Shown: piece after piece, positions 39,736 through 52,789 of the stretch | How the letters are laid out: each line of letters opens with the position of its first letter | Numbering within the stretch: position 1 is the first letter of the stretch | NCBI GenBank assembly: GCA_951406725.2 | Contig: OX597823.1 | Location: forward strand, 105,090,001 to 105,154,000 | DNA length: 64,000 bases | Direction: 5' to 3' | Source: Octopus vulgaris | Lineage: Eukaryota | Made by a program: the position numbers and the translations under genes | Notes under the pieces: model-generated | Databases searched by the model: none | Told to the model about the DNA's origin: nothing | Seen by the model: the letters and a program-made list of their open reading frames with translations, nothing else

Positions 39736-41333
39736 GTTGCCACTGGTGAATGAGACAGCTGGTCTCAACGCTGTGCAAATATGCCTGGCAAGAGTGAAGG
39801 TGTTTTTCACTTAGCTGCCTTCGACACTCTAGCAAGTCGAATCTTGTGATGGCTCAACACTGACTGGTCAGTTTCTCAGCTGATCACATGAGACGACTAT
39901 GACAATGATTACTCAGAAATTCAGCAATTCAGTTTCAAATCTGCTACAGCACCTCCAAGACTGGTGAAAGGAAAAGAGAATGGAAGGAAGGAAAGAATCC
40001 TCACCCTGGGGATTTGTAACAAAGTGGACTCTGCTAAAGGTGCCTGAAGTGCTAAGTGGTGGTGTCAACCCTGATGACAAATTAAGGTTATCACACAAGT
40101 AAGCTATGAAGGGATTGAACTCAGTATGCAGTGAACTGGCGGTTCACAAACTCCATAACGCATCTGGCCCAACTTTCTCAAAGTTCTACCAGCCCACAAA
40201 ACCAGCTTTGATACTTTTATTAACTGCAAAAGGATAAAAAGGCTAAGTCAACCTTGGCAGAATTTGAACTCAGTGCATAGAGAGTTGAAGTGAATTCTGT
40301 ATGTTGTCCTGTACGATACTTGAATGACTTTGCCATCTTACTGCTTGACATGTTAAAATGTTACTGCAAGATCAAATATGCTGTGAAAGAAAAGTTTCAC
40401 CCCTTATTGCAGATCCTTAGCAGAAGTGGGAACCTTGTCATTAATTTGGCAAAGATTTAGAGAAAAGAATCATCGCTAAATAAATGAATAAATAAACGAA
40501 CGCAATCTCTTGGCAAGTGTATATTTGTGGGCAAAAAGTAAAGAAAATTGCTTTAAAAATTAAATTATTGATAAGCATCATCATCATCATAATCATCAAG
40601 CTTGTGCTTATGTGTGATTCTCTGCTGTTACACTGTCATCATCGTCATCATCATCACCCCCACTAACCACCACAACCACACACCCCTCACCTCCACCGCT
40701 ATCTTGGTCCTCCTCATTGTTGTTGTTGCTGTCATCACCATCCACATTAGCTATCATCATCATCATCGTCAGCTGCTAACCATAAGCACCGTCATAAAAC
40801 CACTTCAGTTACCAATTAATTATAGTGAAAAGAGATTTGTGTTAACTATAATAGAGTGTCGGTGAGAGGAGAGAAGTATTACGTAGAAGAAAGAGAGGGA
40901 GAGGGAGAGAGAGAGTATGAAATAGTGAGAGTGAGGGAAATATTGGATGTGTATATATATGTGTGTGTGTGTGTGTGTGGTGGGCAAGAGACTAGCACAC
41001 TATTCAAAGTAAATTTCATTTTAATCTTTGGAGAATATTTTTTGAACATATTTCTTTTCCTTTACATTTATAATTTTCAGGGAAAAAAAATGCAATTTTA
41101 CATATTTTTGTTTCCTATTTCCATTTTGCAGGAAATTGTAATTGGTTTCATTTGCCAAAATAATAAAGAACTAAAAGAAAGAAAAAAAACATCATTACAT
41201 TAAAAAGAAATTTCATCCACAATACTTCAGTATATATATATATATAACTATATATATATGTGTGTGTCGATGTATGCATTGATATGTGCATGGGTATATA
41301 TGTATGTGGATATTATATATGTATGGATGTGGG

Positions 41334-41390
<57 letters not shown>

Positions 41391-41405
41391 ATATATATAT
41401 ATATA

Positions 41406-44385
41406 TGAGAGAAGACGGGTTGATGTATGCTGCATACAAGAGGTAAGATGGAGAGGTGCTTCAGCTAGGGTCCTCACAGGCAAGGCACATAGGTATAAAG
41501 TCTTCTGGCAAGGTAACATGGATGGTGTAGGGGGTGTAGTCATTCTCCTTGCGGAGAAATGGGTGGATAAGGTCATAGAGGTTGTCAGGGTTTACGATAG
41601 AGTGCTTAAGCTCAGGTTAGTCCTACAGAGTGGCACAGCTACGATTATCTCCGCCTATGCCCCACAAGCGGGACTACCAAATGATCAGAAGGACCACTTT
41701 TATGATACCCTTCTACAGGCTACCTCAAAGACTAGTGGCAAGGACCTGATCTTTGTGGGTGGAGACTTTAATGGACATGTTGGGCGGGAATCAGGTATCT
41801 TCACTGGGGTACACGGTGGCCATGGTATTGGCACCAGAAATGATGAGGGAACTAGACTACTGGAATTCTGTGATGCATGTAACCTTTTAATCTGCAACAC
41901 TAACTTCAAGAAGCCTGGCTGCCACCTTATAACCTATCAGTCAGGAGACTCCGCTAGCCAAATAGACTTCATCTTCACCAGACAGCGGGATGCAGGGTCG
42001 CTCTTAAATACAAAGATCCTCCCGGGTGAAGAATTATCCCTCAGCATAGGCTAATCATCAGTGACTTTAAGCTTGAGGCCAGAAGGACTCCAAGAAACAA
42101 ACCAATCCAGAAAAGAAGGATTTGGAAGCTAAAGAACCCTTCACATGGTCAGATATTTAGGGACATCCTCATCAAGAAATTTGATGAGAGGGAGGAGGAG
42201 CTTCAGACGTTGGACATAGAAGGTAGCTGGGAATTCTTACGGGACAGCTTGCTGAGTGCCAGAGATTAAGTCTGTGGATGGTGCAAAGTCCCTTCCAGAC
42301 CTAGAGTTACGTGGTGGTGGAATAGTTCAGTAGACAAAGCCATTAGTGCAAAGAGACAGGCCTGGAAAGCCTGGAGGGATGGGGGTAGCAGGGAACTGTA
42401 CCAGGTAGCCAAAAGGGAGGCTGGGCAGCAGGTATACATAGCCAAAGATGTAGCAGAAAAGAAGAAGTTTGCCAATGTCCAGCGACGTGAGGACCAAAGA
42501 GCTGAGGTATTTCGGATTGCCAGACAGTGTGTGAGAGAAAATAGTGATGTTACAGGAGAGAAATGTGTCCGCATGGATGATGGGGCACTTGCTTTTAATG
42601 TTGGTGAAAAGAAAGAGGCTTGGAGAAGCCATTAGGAAAGACTGCTGAATGAGGAGAATGAATGGGAGGAGGAGAGCCTGCCAAATGTTGACCCAGTAGA
42701 GGGACCAGCTATCCCAATAGACAGCTCCTTTGTAGTTAAGGCAATTAAGGATATGAAACCAAGTAAAGCCCCCGGCCCATCAGGAATCACTGCTGAGATG
42801 CTTAAAACAGCTGGCTATGTGGGCTATGGCCTAGTCATCCGCATTGTAAACCAGGTAGTTCATAATGGAGTCATACCCAATGACTGGCGTAGCAGCACCA
42901 TAGTCAACTGCTACAAGGGTAAGGGTGATGCTCTAGATAGAAATAACTACAGGGGTATTAAACTGTTGGATCAGGTGATGAAGGTCACAGAGAGGGTCAG
43001 AACCCATCTCATTAGGGAGAGAATTTGCTTAGATGAGATGCAGTTCGGTTTTGTGCCGGGTAGAAGCACCACTGATGCTATATTCCTGGTTCGACAACTG
43101 CAGGAGAAGTACCTAGCTAAAGATACACCCCTCTACATAGCTTTTGTGGACTTGGAGAAAGCCTTTGACAGGGTTCCCCGATCCCTTTTCTGGTGGTCGA
43201 TGTGGAAACTGGAGATTGACGAATGGCTAATAAGGGCTGTACAGGCTCTATACAGAGAGGCTGTCAGCAAGGTTAGGATTGGCAACGAATATAGTGAAGA
43301 ATTCCGGGTAGAAGTAGGTGTACACCAAGGCTCAGCCCTCAGTCCCCTTTTATTCATCATAGTCCTCCAGACAATAACAGAGGAATTCATAACAAGATGC
43401 CCCTGGGAGCTCCTCTATGCTGATGACTGGCTCTCATAGCAGAATCACTACCGGAACTAGAAAAGAAATTTTGGGTGTGGAAGCAAGGGTTGGAATCAAA
43501 GGGCCTTAGAGTAAATGTAGCAAAGACCAAAGTTATAGTAAGCAGAAAGGCGAACTCAGCACACACACCCTCAGGCAGGTGGCCCTGCTCAATCTGTAGG
43601 AAAGGTGTAGGTAGAAACTCCATAAGATGTGCCCAGTGTAAGCTATGAATGCATAAGAGGTGCAGCAACATCAAAGGGAAATTAACTGATAAGATAGCTT
43701 TCATGTGCGGCAGATGCACAGGGACAATAGACACCACAGACACTCAGAAAACAGATTCCATCACACTCCAGGGGGAGAAACTAGAAGTAGTTGATAGTTT
43801 CCGCTACCTGGGTGACCAAGTTAGTAGTGGAGGTGGATGCTCAGAGAGTATCGCCACTAGAATATGAATAGCCTGGGCAAAGTTCAGAAAACTCCTACCC
43901 CTACTGGCGACAAAGGGTCTCTTGCTCAGAGTGAAAGTTAGATTGTATGATGCATGTGTGCGAACTGCCATGCTTCACGGTAGTGAAACATGGGCCGTGA
44001 CTGCAGAGGACATGCGTAGACTTGAAAGAAATGAAGCTAGCATGATCCACTGGATGTGTAATGTCAGTGTGCACGCACGACAGAGTGTAAGCACCCTGAG
44101 AGAAATGCTGGACATAAGAAGCATCAGATGTGGTGTGCAAGAGTGACACTTGCGATGGTATGGTCATGTACTGCGGATGGATGAGGAGAGATGTGTGAAG
44201 AAGTGCCACTCCCAAACAGTTGAAGGTATCAGGGGGAGAGGTAGACCCAGGAAGACATGGGATGAGGTAGTCAAGCATGACCTCAGAGCGTTGGGCCTCA
44301 CTGAGGCAATGGTGAAGGACCGAGATCTCTGGAGATATGCTGTGACTGCAAAGACCCGGGCTGCTTCCTGCACCAGTTCCGCATA
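41406..44385 (+). pseudogene. APE endonuclease-reverse transcriptase pseudogene with PHD-like finger
   Basis: CIQEVRW, ISAYAPQ, GGDFNGHVG, SQIDFI; KAPGPSGI, NYRGIKLL, QFGFVPGRSTTDAIF, FVDLEKAFD, GVHQGSALSP, LYADD; frameshifts near 42040 and 43428 and several stops. Confidence 0.95.
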
Positions 44386-44509
44386 GCCCCTGCTCATTCA
44401 AAGTACCCTGGATTCCAGAACATCCCGCTGTGCTTGAGGAGACCTGTTGAGTCAAGTACATGAACATGAACATCGAAATAAATATCAATGGAAATAGTAG
44501 TTGTGATAC

Positions 44510-44875
44510 CTGTGCTGGTGACACATAAAAAGCACCATCCGAACGTGGCCGTTGCCAGTGCCGCCTCGACTTGCTTCTGTGCCGGTAGCACATAAAAAGC
44601 ACCATCCGAACGTGGCCTATGCCAGCGCCGCCTTGACTGGCTTCTGTTCCGGTGGCACATAAAAAGCACCGTCCGAACGTGGCCGATGCCAGCACTGCCT
44701 CGACTGGCTCCAGTGCCGGTGGCACATAAAAAGTACCATCCGAACGTGGCCGTTGCCAGGGCCGCCTTGGCTGGCTTCTGTGCCGGTGGCACGTTAAAAG
44801 CTCCAACCGATCATGGCCGATGCCGGATCCCCCCCCCCCCGGCACCTGTGCAGGTGGCATGTAAAAAGTACCCAC
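44510..44875 (+). repeat. About 67-bp minisatellite in RTE 3' UTR (six copies of the core motif)
   Basis: gtgccggtggcac(a/g)taaaaagcaccatccgaacgtggccg repeated. Confidence 0.9.
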
Positions 44876-45051
44876 TACACTCGCTGAGTGGTTGGCATTA
44901 GGAAGGGCATCCAGCTGTAGAAACTCTGCCAGATCAGACTGGAGCCTGGTGCAGCCCCTAGCTTCCCAGACCCCGGTCGAACCGTCCAACCCGTGCTAGC
45001 GCGGAAAACGGACGTTAAACGATGATGATATATATATATATATATATATAT

Positions 45052-45380
45052 GTATTTAATTTTTGGATTTGGTTTGCAAGATTCTTTATGTGAGTTTGTG
45101 TGTTGAAGCATATTCTGTTGTGTCTGGGGAGAGCCATTTTCTTTTTGTGCCTTGTAATATAACACACTCACTGGTAAAATTTCCACTTATTTCTTATTTT
45201 TATTTTCCTCAAATTTTCATTGCGTCTTGCAACCTTTTGAAGAGTCTTGACTCTTGAAAAGGTTGCAAGATGCAACGAAAATTTTAGGAAAATAAAAATA
45301 AGAAATAAGTGGAAATTTTACCAGTGAGTGTGTTATATTACAAGGCACAAAAAGAAAATGGCTCTCCCCAGACACAACAA
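45052..45380 (+). mobile_element. Fold-back PLE-terminus derivative: 131-bp arms, 2-nt loop
   Basis: 45116-45246 pairs with 45249-45379 (about 4 mismatches by eye); tail homologous to PLE1 terminus. Confidence 0.8.
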
Positions 45381-45625
45381 TGTATATATATATCAATATA
45401 TCTTACCTCAGTTTTGTATTTGGCTTGCAAGGTTCCTGATGTGAATTTGTGTGTTGAAATAAATCTTGTGTCTTGGGAGGGTCATTGTGCTAAATAGGTA
45501 ACCAACTAACTACTTGATCATTTGTTTAATGTGTTTGTTAAATAATCAATCAGTTGTCAGTTTGTCAAAGCCCTTTCATCATTATTTGTGACCTCATCAA
45601 TGTCAAGCCTCCTCTCTTCAAGGTC

Positions 45626-45662
<37 letters not shown>

Positions 45663-45859
45663 CATGTGTGTGTGTGCGCGTGTGCATGCGTATGTGTATG
45701 TGTGTGTGTGAGTATGTAAGCATGCATGTATTTATATATAAATATACGTAATTATACATTTATTATGTATAGCTGACATGCATTTATTATTACCATCATC
45801 ATCATCATCATCATCATCATCATTTAACATATATGTATATTTATACTTTAGCATTGCAT

Positions 45860-46470
45860 CAGCTGGCTGGGAAATAAACCCAGGTTGCCCACATGGCAGG
45901 AAAGTCCCCATTTGGAGCCATCAATAATAAACTGATTTTTAGAATGAGGCAAAGATTTAGGGGCTTGCTCCAGCTTTACCATGGGTTGGCCTGGCATTGC
46001 AGTACTTCCAGGATTCAGCCCATTTTCTCGCTGCCTGGCAGTAGTTGCAGTCAGACTGATATGTCATCAGGAAAGCAATTTACAAAAGCCAGTCATGCTG
46101 CCTTCTCTAAACCCTCTCTGGTAAAACTGGATAGCATGGCCAGTCTCCAAACTTCTGTGGCATACTCATCGATCTGTTTCCCTATCCACCTGACCATTCC
46201 CATCTTAGCAAACATGGCATACGTTCCCTCCATATAAGCTTCCCTCAAGCACTGCTTGAACTTTGCTCTGCTCAATTGGTCTTCCTTGTCCATCTCAAGG
46301 CACAGCACCAGCGCGCTTCCCCCCAGGTACAGGGCAATGAGACCAGCTACACCATCAGTGCCTCGTAGCCTGGCCACTACCTTGATCTTACAGATCCAGG
46401 CCACTACATCTCCTTTGCCATAGAAAGGATTGATGGCATCACTGCTGATCCTTATCTTCACCGCCATATT
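45860..46470 (-). pseudogene. LTR-retrotransposon (Gypsy-like) gag relic
   Basis: PFYGKGDVVAWICK..LYLGGSAL..KQCLREAY..IDEYATEVWRLA pattern typical of retrotransposon gag. Confidence 0.6.
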
Positions 46471-46659
46471 GTGGAAGGGGATAGCAACAATGGAGAAATA
46501 TATGTATCCATGAGTGCTAAAATAGTTTGTAGTACGAGGGAACTGTAATGTGGGGAAATAAGATATGGTTCACCCACCTTCTTGTTGTTGGCTGTCCAGC
46601 TGTACTAAGTCCAAAACATGTGCCCTACCCATCGCACCTCACGTTAGAAGCTGCTAGTA

Positions 46660-46893
46660 CCTATTTCTTTATTACCCACAAGGGGCTAAACACAGAGGGG
46701 ACAAACAAGGACAGACATAGGTATTAAGTCAATTACATCGACCTAGTGCGTAACTGGTACTTAATTTATCGACCCCGAAAGGATGAAAGGCAAAGTCGAC
46801 CTCGGCGGAATTTGAACTCAGAACGTAGCGGCAGACGAAATACTGCTAAGCATTTCACCCGGCGTGCTAACGTTTCTGCCAGCTCGCCACCTT
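46660..46893 (-). mobile_element. SINE family B
   Basis: Full copy; TSD ctgctagtacc at 46651 and 46899. Confidence 0.92.
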
Positions 46894-47837
46894 AGTACCT
46901 GCTAGTACCATTCCCTCTAGCTTGCTTCATTGATGTCTGTTCACTGCGAGTGCCCCAGACTGAAAGGGAGCAACCCTAGCCTTGCTTCCCTCACTTCTCT
47001 CTTCCCTTCCTGTTCCAATCAGATTCTTTGACCGTTGAGGTAATAGCCCTTTCCTTCCGGCTCATTGCATCTTCACAGTATGTATGTATGTATGTACATG
47101 TGTGTGTGTGTGCGTGTGTGTGTTTGTGTGTGTGTGTGTGCATGTGTGTGTACGTGCGTGTGTGTGTTTTTGTGTGTGTGTGTGTGTGTGTGTTTGTGTG
47201 TGTATTTGTGTGTGTGTATGTGCGTGTGTGTGTCTACGTGTGTGTGTGTGTCTACGTGTGTGTGTGTGTGTGTGTGTGTGCATGTGTGTGTATGCATGAA
47301 AGTTTACATCCTCTGTAAGTAAAGCATCCTGTATTTTTATGCTTTGGAAAACAAGTGAAATAATAAATGAGAAAACCCAACCATGACCACAAGGAAAAGA
47401 GAAAAAGGAAAATGGCATTGAAGATATTATATATCAATTACAGGTAACTGATAACTATATTTGGGAAGTGAAGGTGAATTAGCAATTCCTTGTATTGCGC
47501 ACCACGTATTGAATTCTTTGTGAATACTGTTCCACTTGATCTTTGAATCAAATTGAACAAATAGTATAAACATATGTGTGTGTGTGTGTGTGTGTTTGTG
47601 TGTGTGTGCATGTGTGTGTATGTGTGTACATATCTATGTATATATAATGAAGTTAAACTAACGGCTGATATATTTGAAATCCTTCACTATGTACATTCCA
47701 GGTTTGCTTAATATATAATAGGAAATGCATCTATTACATTGGTATCTCAGAATGCTTTAAACGAGGAAGGTTTATGTAATGGATACACTGCCTGAACTTA
47801 CAGAGTGAATTGGGTGAATATGCACGCGCATGTGTGT

Positions 47838-47873
<36 letters not shown>

Positions 47874-48375
47874 ATTTGGCTCAAAAGCAAATAGCAAGGC
47901 CATGTAGGGGAACATGGAGTTAAGTACAGGGTGGTGTTCATGTAAAGAGTTCAGGCCACTTGAGGTCCAGGGAGGCTTTGAACAAAGCAGTCGTCGGCAT
48001 CTTCACCATCTCGTCTGGCAGCTTGTTCCACGGATCCGCAACCCGGACGGAGAAAGCTCCTCTCCTTCGATTGAGATGAAATCGTCGCAGGTAGAGCTTT
48101 TCGGAATGACCCCGCAGCCGACGCTCTGGAGCAGGAGTGAAGAACAGCTCTTTCGAGAGGTTACACTTTCCGCTTATGATGTTGTGGGCGAGAATGAGAT
48201 CACCACGGCAGCGGCGTTTTTCAAGAGAATAAAGGTCGAGCGTCCTCAGCCTTTCTTCGTAGGACAAATTTTTGAGACCATGAACCATGCGGGTAGCCAG
48301 CTTCTGGACTCTTTCGAGATGCTGTATGTCTTTGAGGAGATAAGGAGAAGAGGCTTGAATCCCATACTCCAAGTG
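47838..48375 (-). mobile_element. CR1 LINE 3' fragment, young
   Basis: LEYGIQASSPYLLKDIQHLERVQKLATRM..SYEERL..RRCRGDLI..FSVRVADPWNKLP; (AACT)n tail; (GT)n flanks. Confidence 0.92.
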
Positions 48376-49771
48376 TGTGTGTGTGTGTGTGTGTTCAACA
48401 GGCCTCTGCAATTTCTGTCCACTAAATTTCATCCTCAAGGTATTAAACAAAGGTTATAGTAGAAGATCCTTGCATGAGATGTCCTATAGTGGGACTGAAC
48501 CTGAGCCCTTTTGGTCATCAAGTGAATTTCTCAACCGCACAACCAATAACATAAATCAATGAATCAGCTTAACTGAGTTAATTTACAAATTAACTGAGTT
48601 AATTTACAAATGTCTTTAATTAGTAGTCCTTTGCCTGTTGGTAATTTTTAATTTGTGGCACGTCGTTTAGTATTGATTCTTAAATTATGTAATTCTCCTT
48701 CTTAACAGCCATTTTTAATTAATCGAGTTTTACCTTGGGGGCCAGTGCTGTATTTTCTGAATTCACTAGAGTTTTGCAGGATTGAAAAGATGAGCCAGGT
48801 AAATTCAGTAATGAAGAACTGGTGAAGAGGCTGGCTGTTGCACTTGACTCGATGTTGTTACTGTTATTGATTGAAATTTTGAAAGAATTTGTGTGGTGGC
48901 TTATCAAAGTAATTGAGGCTATTTACGTGTGGTGGACTTAATCTGTCACCCTGTTCACCTCCATCACCTGCTCTGTGTTTGCTTTTAGGAAGAGTTCACT
49001 CTGTTGCTAACCCTTGGAGCAGGTCTCTAGTTTGAAAAAAGCTTCTTCTCTTCTTTTCCAGACTGTTTCTCCTCTTACTACATTATCTATATTTACAAAA
49101 ATATTGGAATACTTTAGACAAATAGTATAGTTTTACATATAAATTATCTGTTCTGAACCCATGTTAAATGTCTATGTTTACATATGGTCACAATCGAACA
49201 TAGCTATCTCCAGGAGCAACAAAAACAAACAATTTTGCTATTGAGGAAACCTCAATGTAGTCAATCAACCTGCTTGACATAGTAGCTGTATCTCCCAGAT
49301 ATCATGCCTTGAAATTGTGAAGGATACATTAGGCTACATAGCCTTACATAGTTCTAAGAAACAAATATCATGGTTACAACTGGAATGCCTTTGATCACGA
49401 ATCTGTTGACTAATTAGCTTAACCCAGTGGGAAACTGGTTAAAGGCTAATTGAGAAAGTAGTGGAATGTGCCAGAAGTCGTTAATGATATTCTATAAATT
49501 TTTTTTCACATTTCCCTGTTTAAAAGCACACAGATGGTGGTACCTAACTAACCTTGAGTGTATTGCTTGACTGTTTATTTTAGTACTATTATAAGATTAC
49601 TTTCAAACCAGTGCTACTCTTTCTAAACTTACTTTATGGTTTTCTGTCCTTTTATAAGCACTTTTTCAACTCTATTTACATAAATGCTGACAGATAATAG
49701 CAGTAGGTGAGTGGAGAGTGTATTGCTAGTTTGGTTGTTATTCTGGAGTTCTCCTTCTATCTTTCCCTTAA

Positions 49772-50383
49772 CTCTTTAGCATTCAGATTACTCCGTCAAA
49801 TCTAATATTTATTCTGCTTGTTTTGAATAATCATACATTGTCATAACTTTGAGATTTCAATGATGTGATTGTTTATTTTTAAAATGACATAACTCTTTTA
49901 CTTGTTTCAGCCATTTGACCATGGCCAGGTTTGAGCACCGCCTTTTTAGTCGAGCAAATCAATCCCAGGACTTATTCTTTGTAAGCCTAGTACTTATTCT
50001 ATCGGTCTCTTTTGCCGAACCGTCAAGTTACGGGGACGTAAACACACCAGCATCGGTTGTCAAGCGATGTTTGCGGGGGGGACAAACACAGACACACAAA
50101 CACGTATATAGGTATACATATATACGACGGGCTTCTTTCAGTTTCCATCTGCCAAATCCACTCACAAGGCTTTGGTTAGCCCAAGGCTATAGTAGAAGAC
50201 ACTTGCCCAAGGTGCCACGCAGTGGGAATGAACCCGGAACCATGTGGTTGGTAAGCAAGCTACTTACCACACAGTCACTCCTGCACCATAGTAGGATTGA
50301 GATGAGAGGCTAGATCTGGCATGTATGAACATAAAACATGTAAAATATTTCGGCTGGATATGGCCAGTTTGAATACTAAAGGG
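49772..50383. mobile_element. piggyBac-like MITE interrupted by a SINE
   Basis: TTAA flanks, TIRs ctctttagcatt / aatactaaaggg; same family as 52790-53014. Confidence 0.75.
49893..50285 (-). mobile_element. SINE family A, complete young copy
   Basis: CpG-rich copy with tRNA-like head at 50210-50285. Confidence 0.88.
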
Positions 50384-50454
50384 TTAAACTAGCTAAATGC
50401 TACTTCTAAATCAATTTCTTACATCCTCATCCCCCCAGCCTCATTATTTTTGCA

Positions 50455-50710
50455 TCTTTTTTTTCCATGCTTAGATGAGTTAGACAGATCCCCTCCAACA
50501 ACCCAATACCCATAGTGTTTCCTTGTCATCTTCATGAGATTGAACATTCTGAGACTAGCCTTCACCACTTCTGCCCATGTCTTCCTTGGTCATTCTCTTC
50601 CACTGGTTCCTTCCACATTTCTTTCCCGGTATTTTTTTATCCACCTGTCATCATTCATCTGCATCACTTGTCAATACCAACCTAGCTGTCTCTCTCTTGT
50701 AATCTACAAC
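50455..50710 (-). mobile_element. Diverged RTE C-terminal fragment
   Basis: Minus strand encodes PRKTWAEVVK. Confidence 0.65.
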
Positions 50711-50723
50711 TGATTCCTCACAT

Positions 50724-51333
50724 ACCTATTTCTTTACTACCCTCAAGGGGCTAAACACAGCGAGGACAAACAAGGACAGACAAACGGATTAAGTCGATTA
50801 TATCGACTCCAGTGCATAACTGATACTTAATTTATCGACCCCGAAAGGATGAAAGGCAAAGTCGACCTCGGCGGAATTTGAACTCAGAACATAACAGCAG
50901 ACAAAATACCTATTTCTTTACTACCCTCAAGGGGCTAAACACAGAGAGGACAAACAAGGACAGACAAACAGATTAAGTCGATTATATCGACCCCAGTGCA
51001 TAACTGATACTTAATTTATCGACCCCGAAAGGATGAAAGGCAAAATCGACCTCAGTGGAATTTGAACTCAGAACATAGTAGCAGACGAAATACCTATTTC
51101 TATTTCTTTACTACCCACAAGGGGCTAAACACAGAGAAGACAAACAAGGACAGACAGACAGATTAAGTTGATTATATCGACCCCAGTGCATAACTGGTAC
51201 TTAATTTATCGACCCTGAAAGGATGAAAGGCAAAGTTGACCTCGGCAGAATTTGAACTCAGAACGTAACGGCAGACAAAATACAGCTACGCATTTCGCCC
51301 AGTATGCTAACATTTCTGCCAGCTCGCAGCCTT
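50724..51333 (-). mobile_element. SINE family B, head-to-tail trimer
   Basis: Three units of about 185 bp; single TSD tgatt(c/t)(c/t)cacat-type 13-mer at 50711 and 51334. Confidence 0.92.
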
Positions 51334-52489
51334 TGATTCTTCACATGTGAGCACAATGTCATTTTAAACAACTGACACTCGTTTTATGAAATGTTTATGT
51401 TCACCTCTTAAAAACACAATTCAAATTTCAACTTATTCTGATTCACTACACACTTTATGCCATTGTTTGTGAACATTTTTCATTCTGTGACAAATTGTTT
51501 TGGTGACCATCCTTAAATCATAATACAGTTTTACTGCAGCAGTCTTCAATTTACAATACAATGCATAATGATTATCTTATAAGAAATCAAAGTTTGTTGC
51601 CCTGGTAATTATCTTTTACTTCTTATTCATCTTATTGGTAAACATCCTATCCTTAATTTATCACCTGTTTTATCATGAACGTCTATAATTTATAATCTGC
51701 ATTCAGATAATTATTTTTATTTCCAGCTGATTGGTGAGCAGCTATATTTTCTGGAGAGATCATTGATTGATATTTTTACTGTTACCATATCTTGATGTTT
51801 TAAGAATATTTTATAATTTATAGCACATCTTTAACAGCAATCTTAAGTTCTTGAATTTTCTTTCAAAATAGGATTGCCATTTACATTTTTGGTTTCTTTT
51901 GATAAGGCACTGGGTCCATTTTCATAACTGTTGAGGAATATGCAATTGGTAAGACTGGTGCTAATATACTTAAAGTATATTAGCATATAGTAATCAAACA
52001 AATTTTGATTAATTAGAATTACACTTGTGTTAAAGAGGAAGAATAATTAACTACTTGATGATCATTTTTAATCAAGAAAAGTAAGGGAGACAACACCCTC
52101 CTACCCTAAATTATAATTAAAATCAGAATGTAGATAACGTAGTAATGAGTTAGTCTTGTCTTGACAGTGTGGTGACACTCATGTTTAAGTGGACATCTAG
52201 CCTACTTAATTCCTCTGTATTTTTAAGGCAATAACACTGGCTATTGCCATGCTGAGGCAACATCTTTGATGGCATATAAGTGTTGGCCTGCTTTGAGAAC
52301 ATCGGTTCTCTCTTTCTCACATTTTGTCCTACCCTCCCTCTCTCTCTCTACCCCTCACTCTCTCTAGTTGTTTTTCTCCTTGATTTCAATATTCCCACAT
52401 TTCTTCCAGTTTTTTTCATGCTAATCATGCTGATTTAGATAATATAGAAACTTAATCACATTTATTTAATAATCCTACAATATACTGTG

Positions 52490-52720
52490 TGGAGGCACAT
52501 GGCTTAGAGGTTAGGGTGCTGGGCTCATGACTGTAAGATTGTGGTTTCAATTCCTGGATCAGGTGATGCATTGTGTCCTTGAGCAAGACACTTCATTTCA
52601 CATTGATCCAAAATGGCAAAAATGAGTAATAATCCTGCAATGGATCGGTGTCCTGTCAAGGGAGGAATATATATGCCAGAGAAACCAGGAAACTGGCACT
52701 TTGCTCCTTGTAGAGTAATG
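52490..52720 (+). mobile_element. SINE family D
   Basis: ggaggcacatggcttagaggttagggtgc...ggtttcaattcctgg. Confidence 0.75.
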
Positions 52721-52789
52721 TGGACTAACCAAAATATATTGTTGATGTGACCACAAGGAAGAAAGAACTAAGAAAGAGCAACAACTTAA

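Larger units (their letters stand above)
41406..45028 (+). mobile_element. RTE-clade LINE, near full length, disrupted
   Basis: Collinear APE, RT, C-terminus, 3' UTR repeats and ggacgttaaacgatgatga tail. Confidence 0.95.

Noticed and set aside
41406-44385. Active RTE, or selenocysteine read-through of its TGA codons
   Set aside because: TAA and TAG stops and frameshifts are also present; the TGAs fit TGG/CGA decay; no SECIS was seen.
44510-44875. CRISPR-like repeat array
   Set aside because: Intervening sequences are homologous to each other, there are no cas genes, and it lies in a eukaryotic LINE 3' UTR.
48569-48610. 21-bp perfect tandem duplication
   Set aside because: Ordinary local duplication with no further structure.
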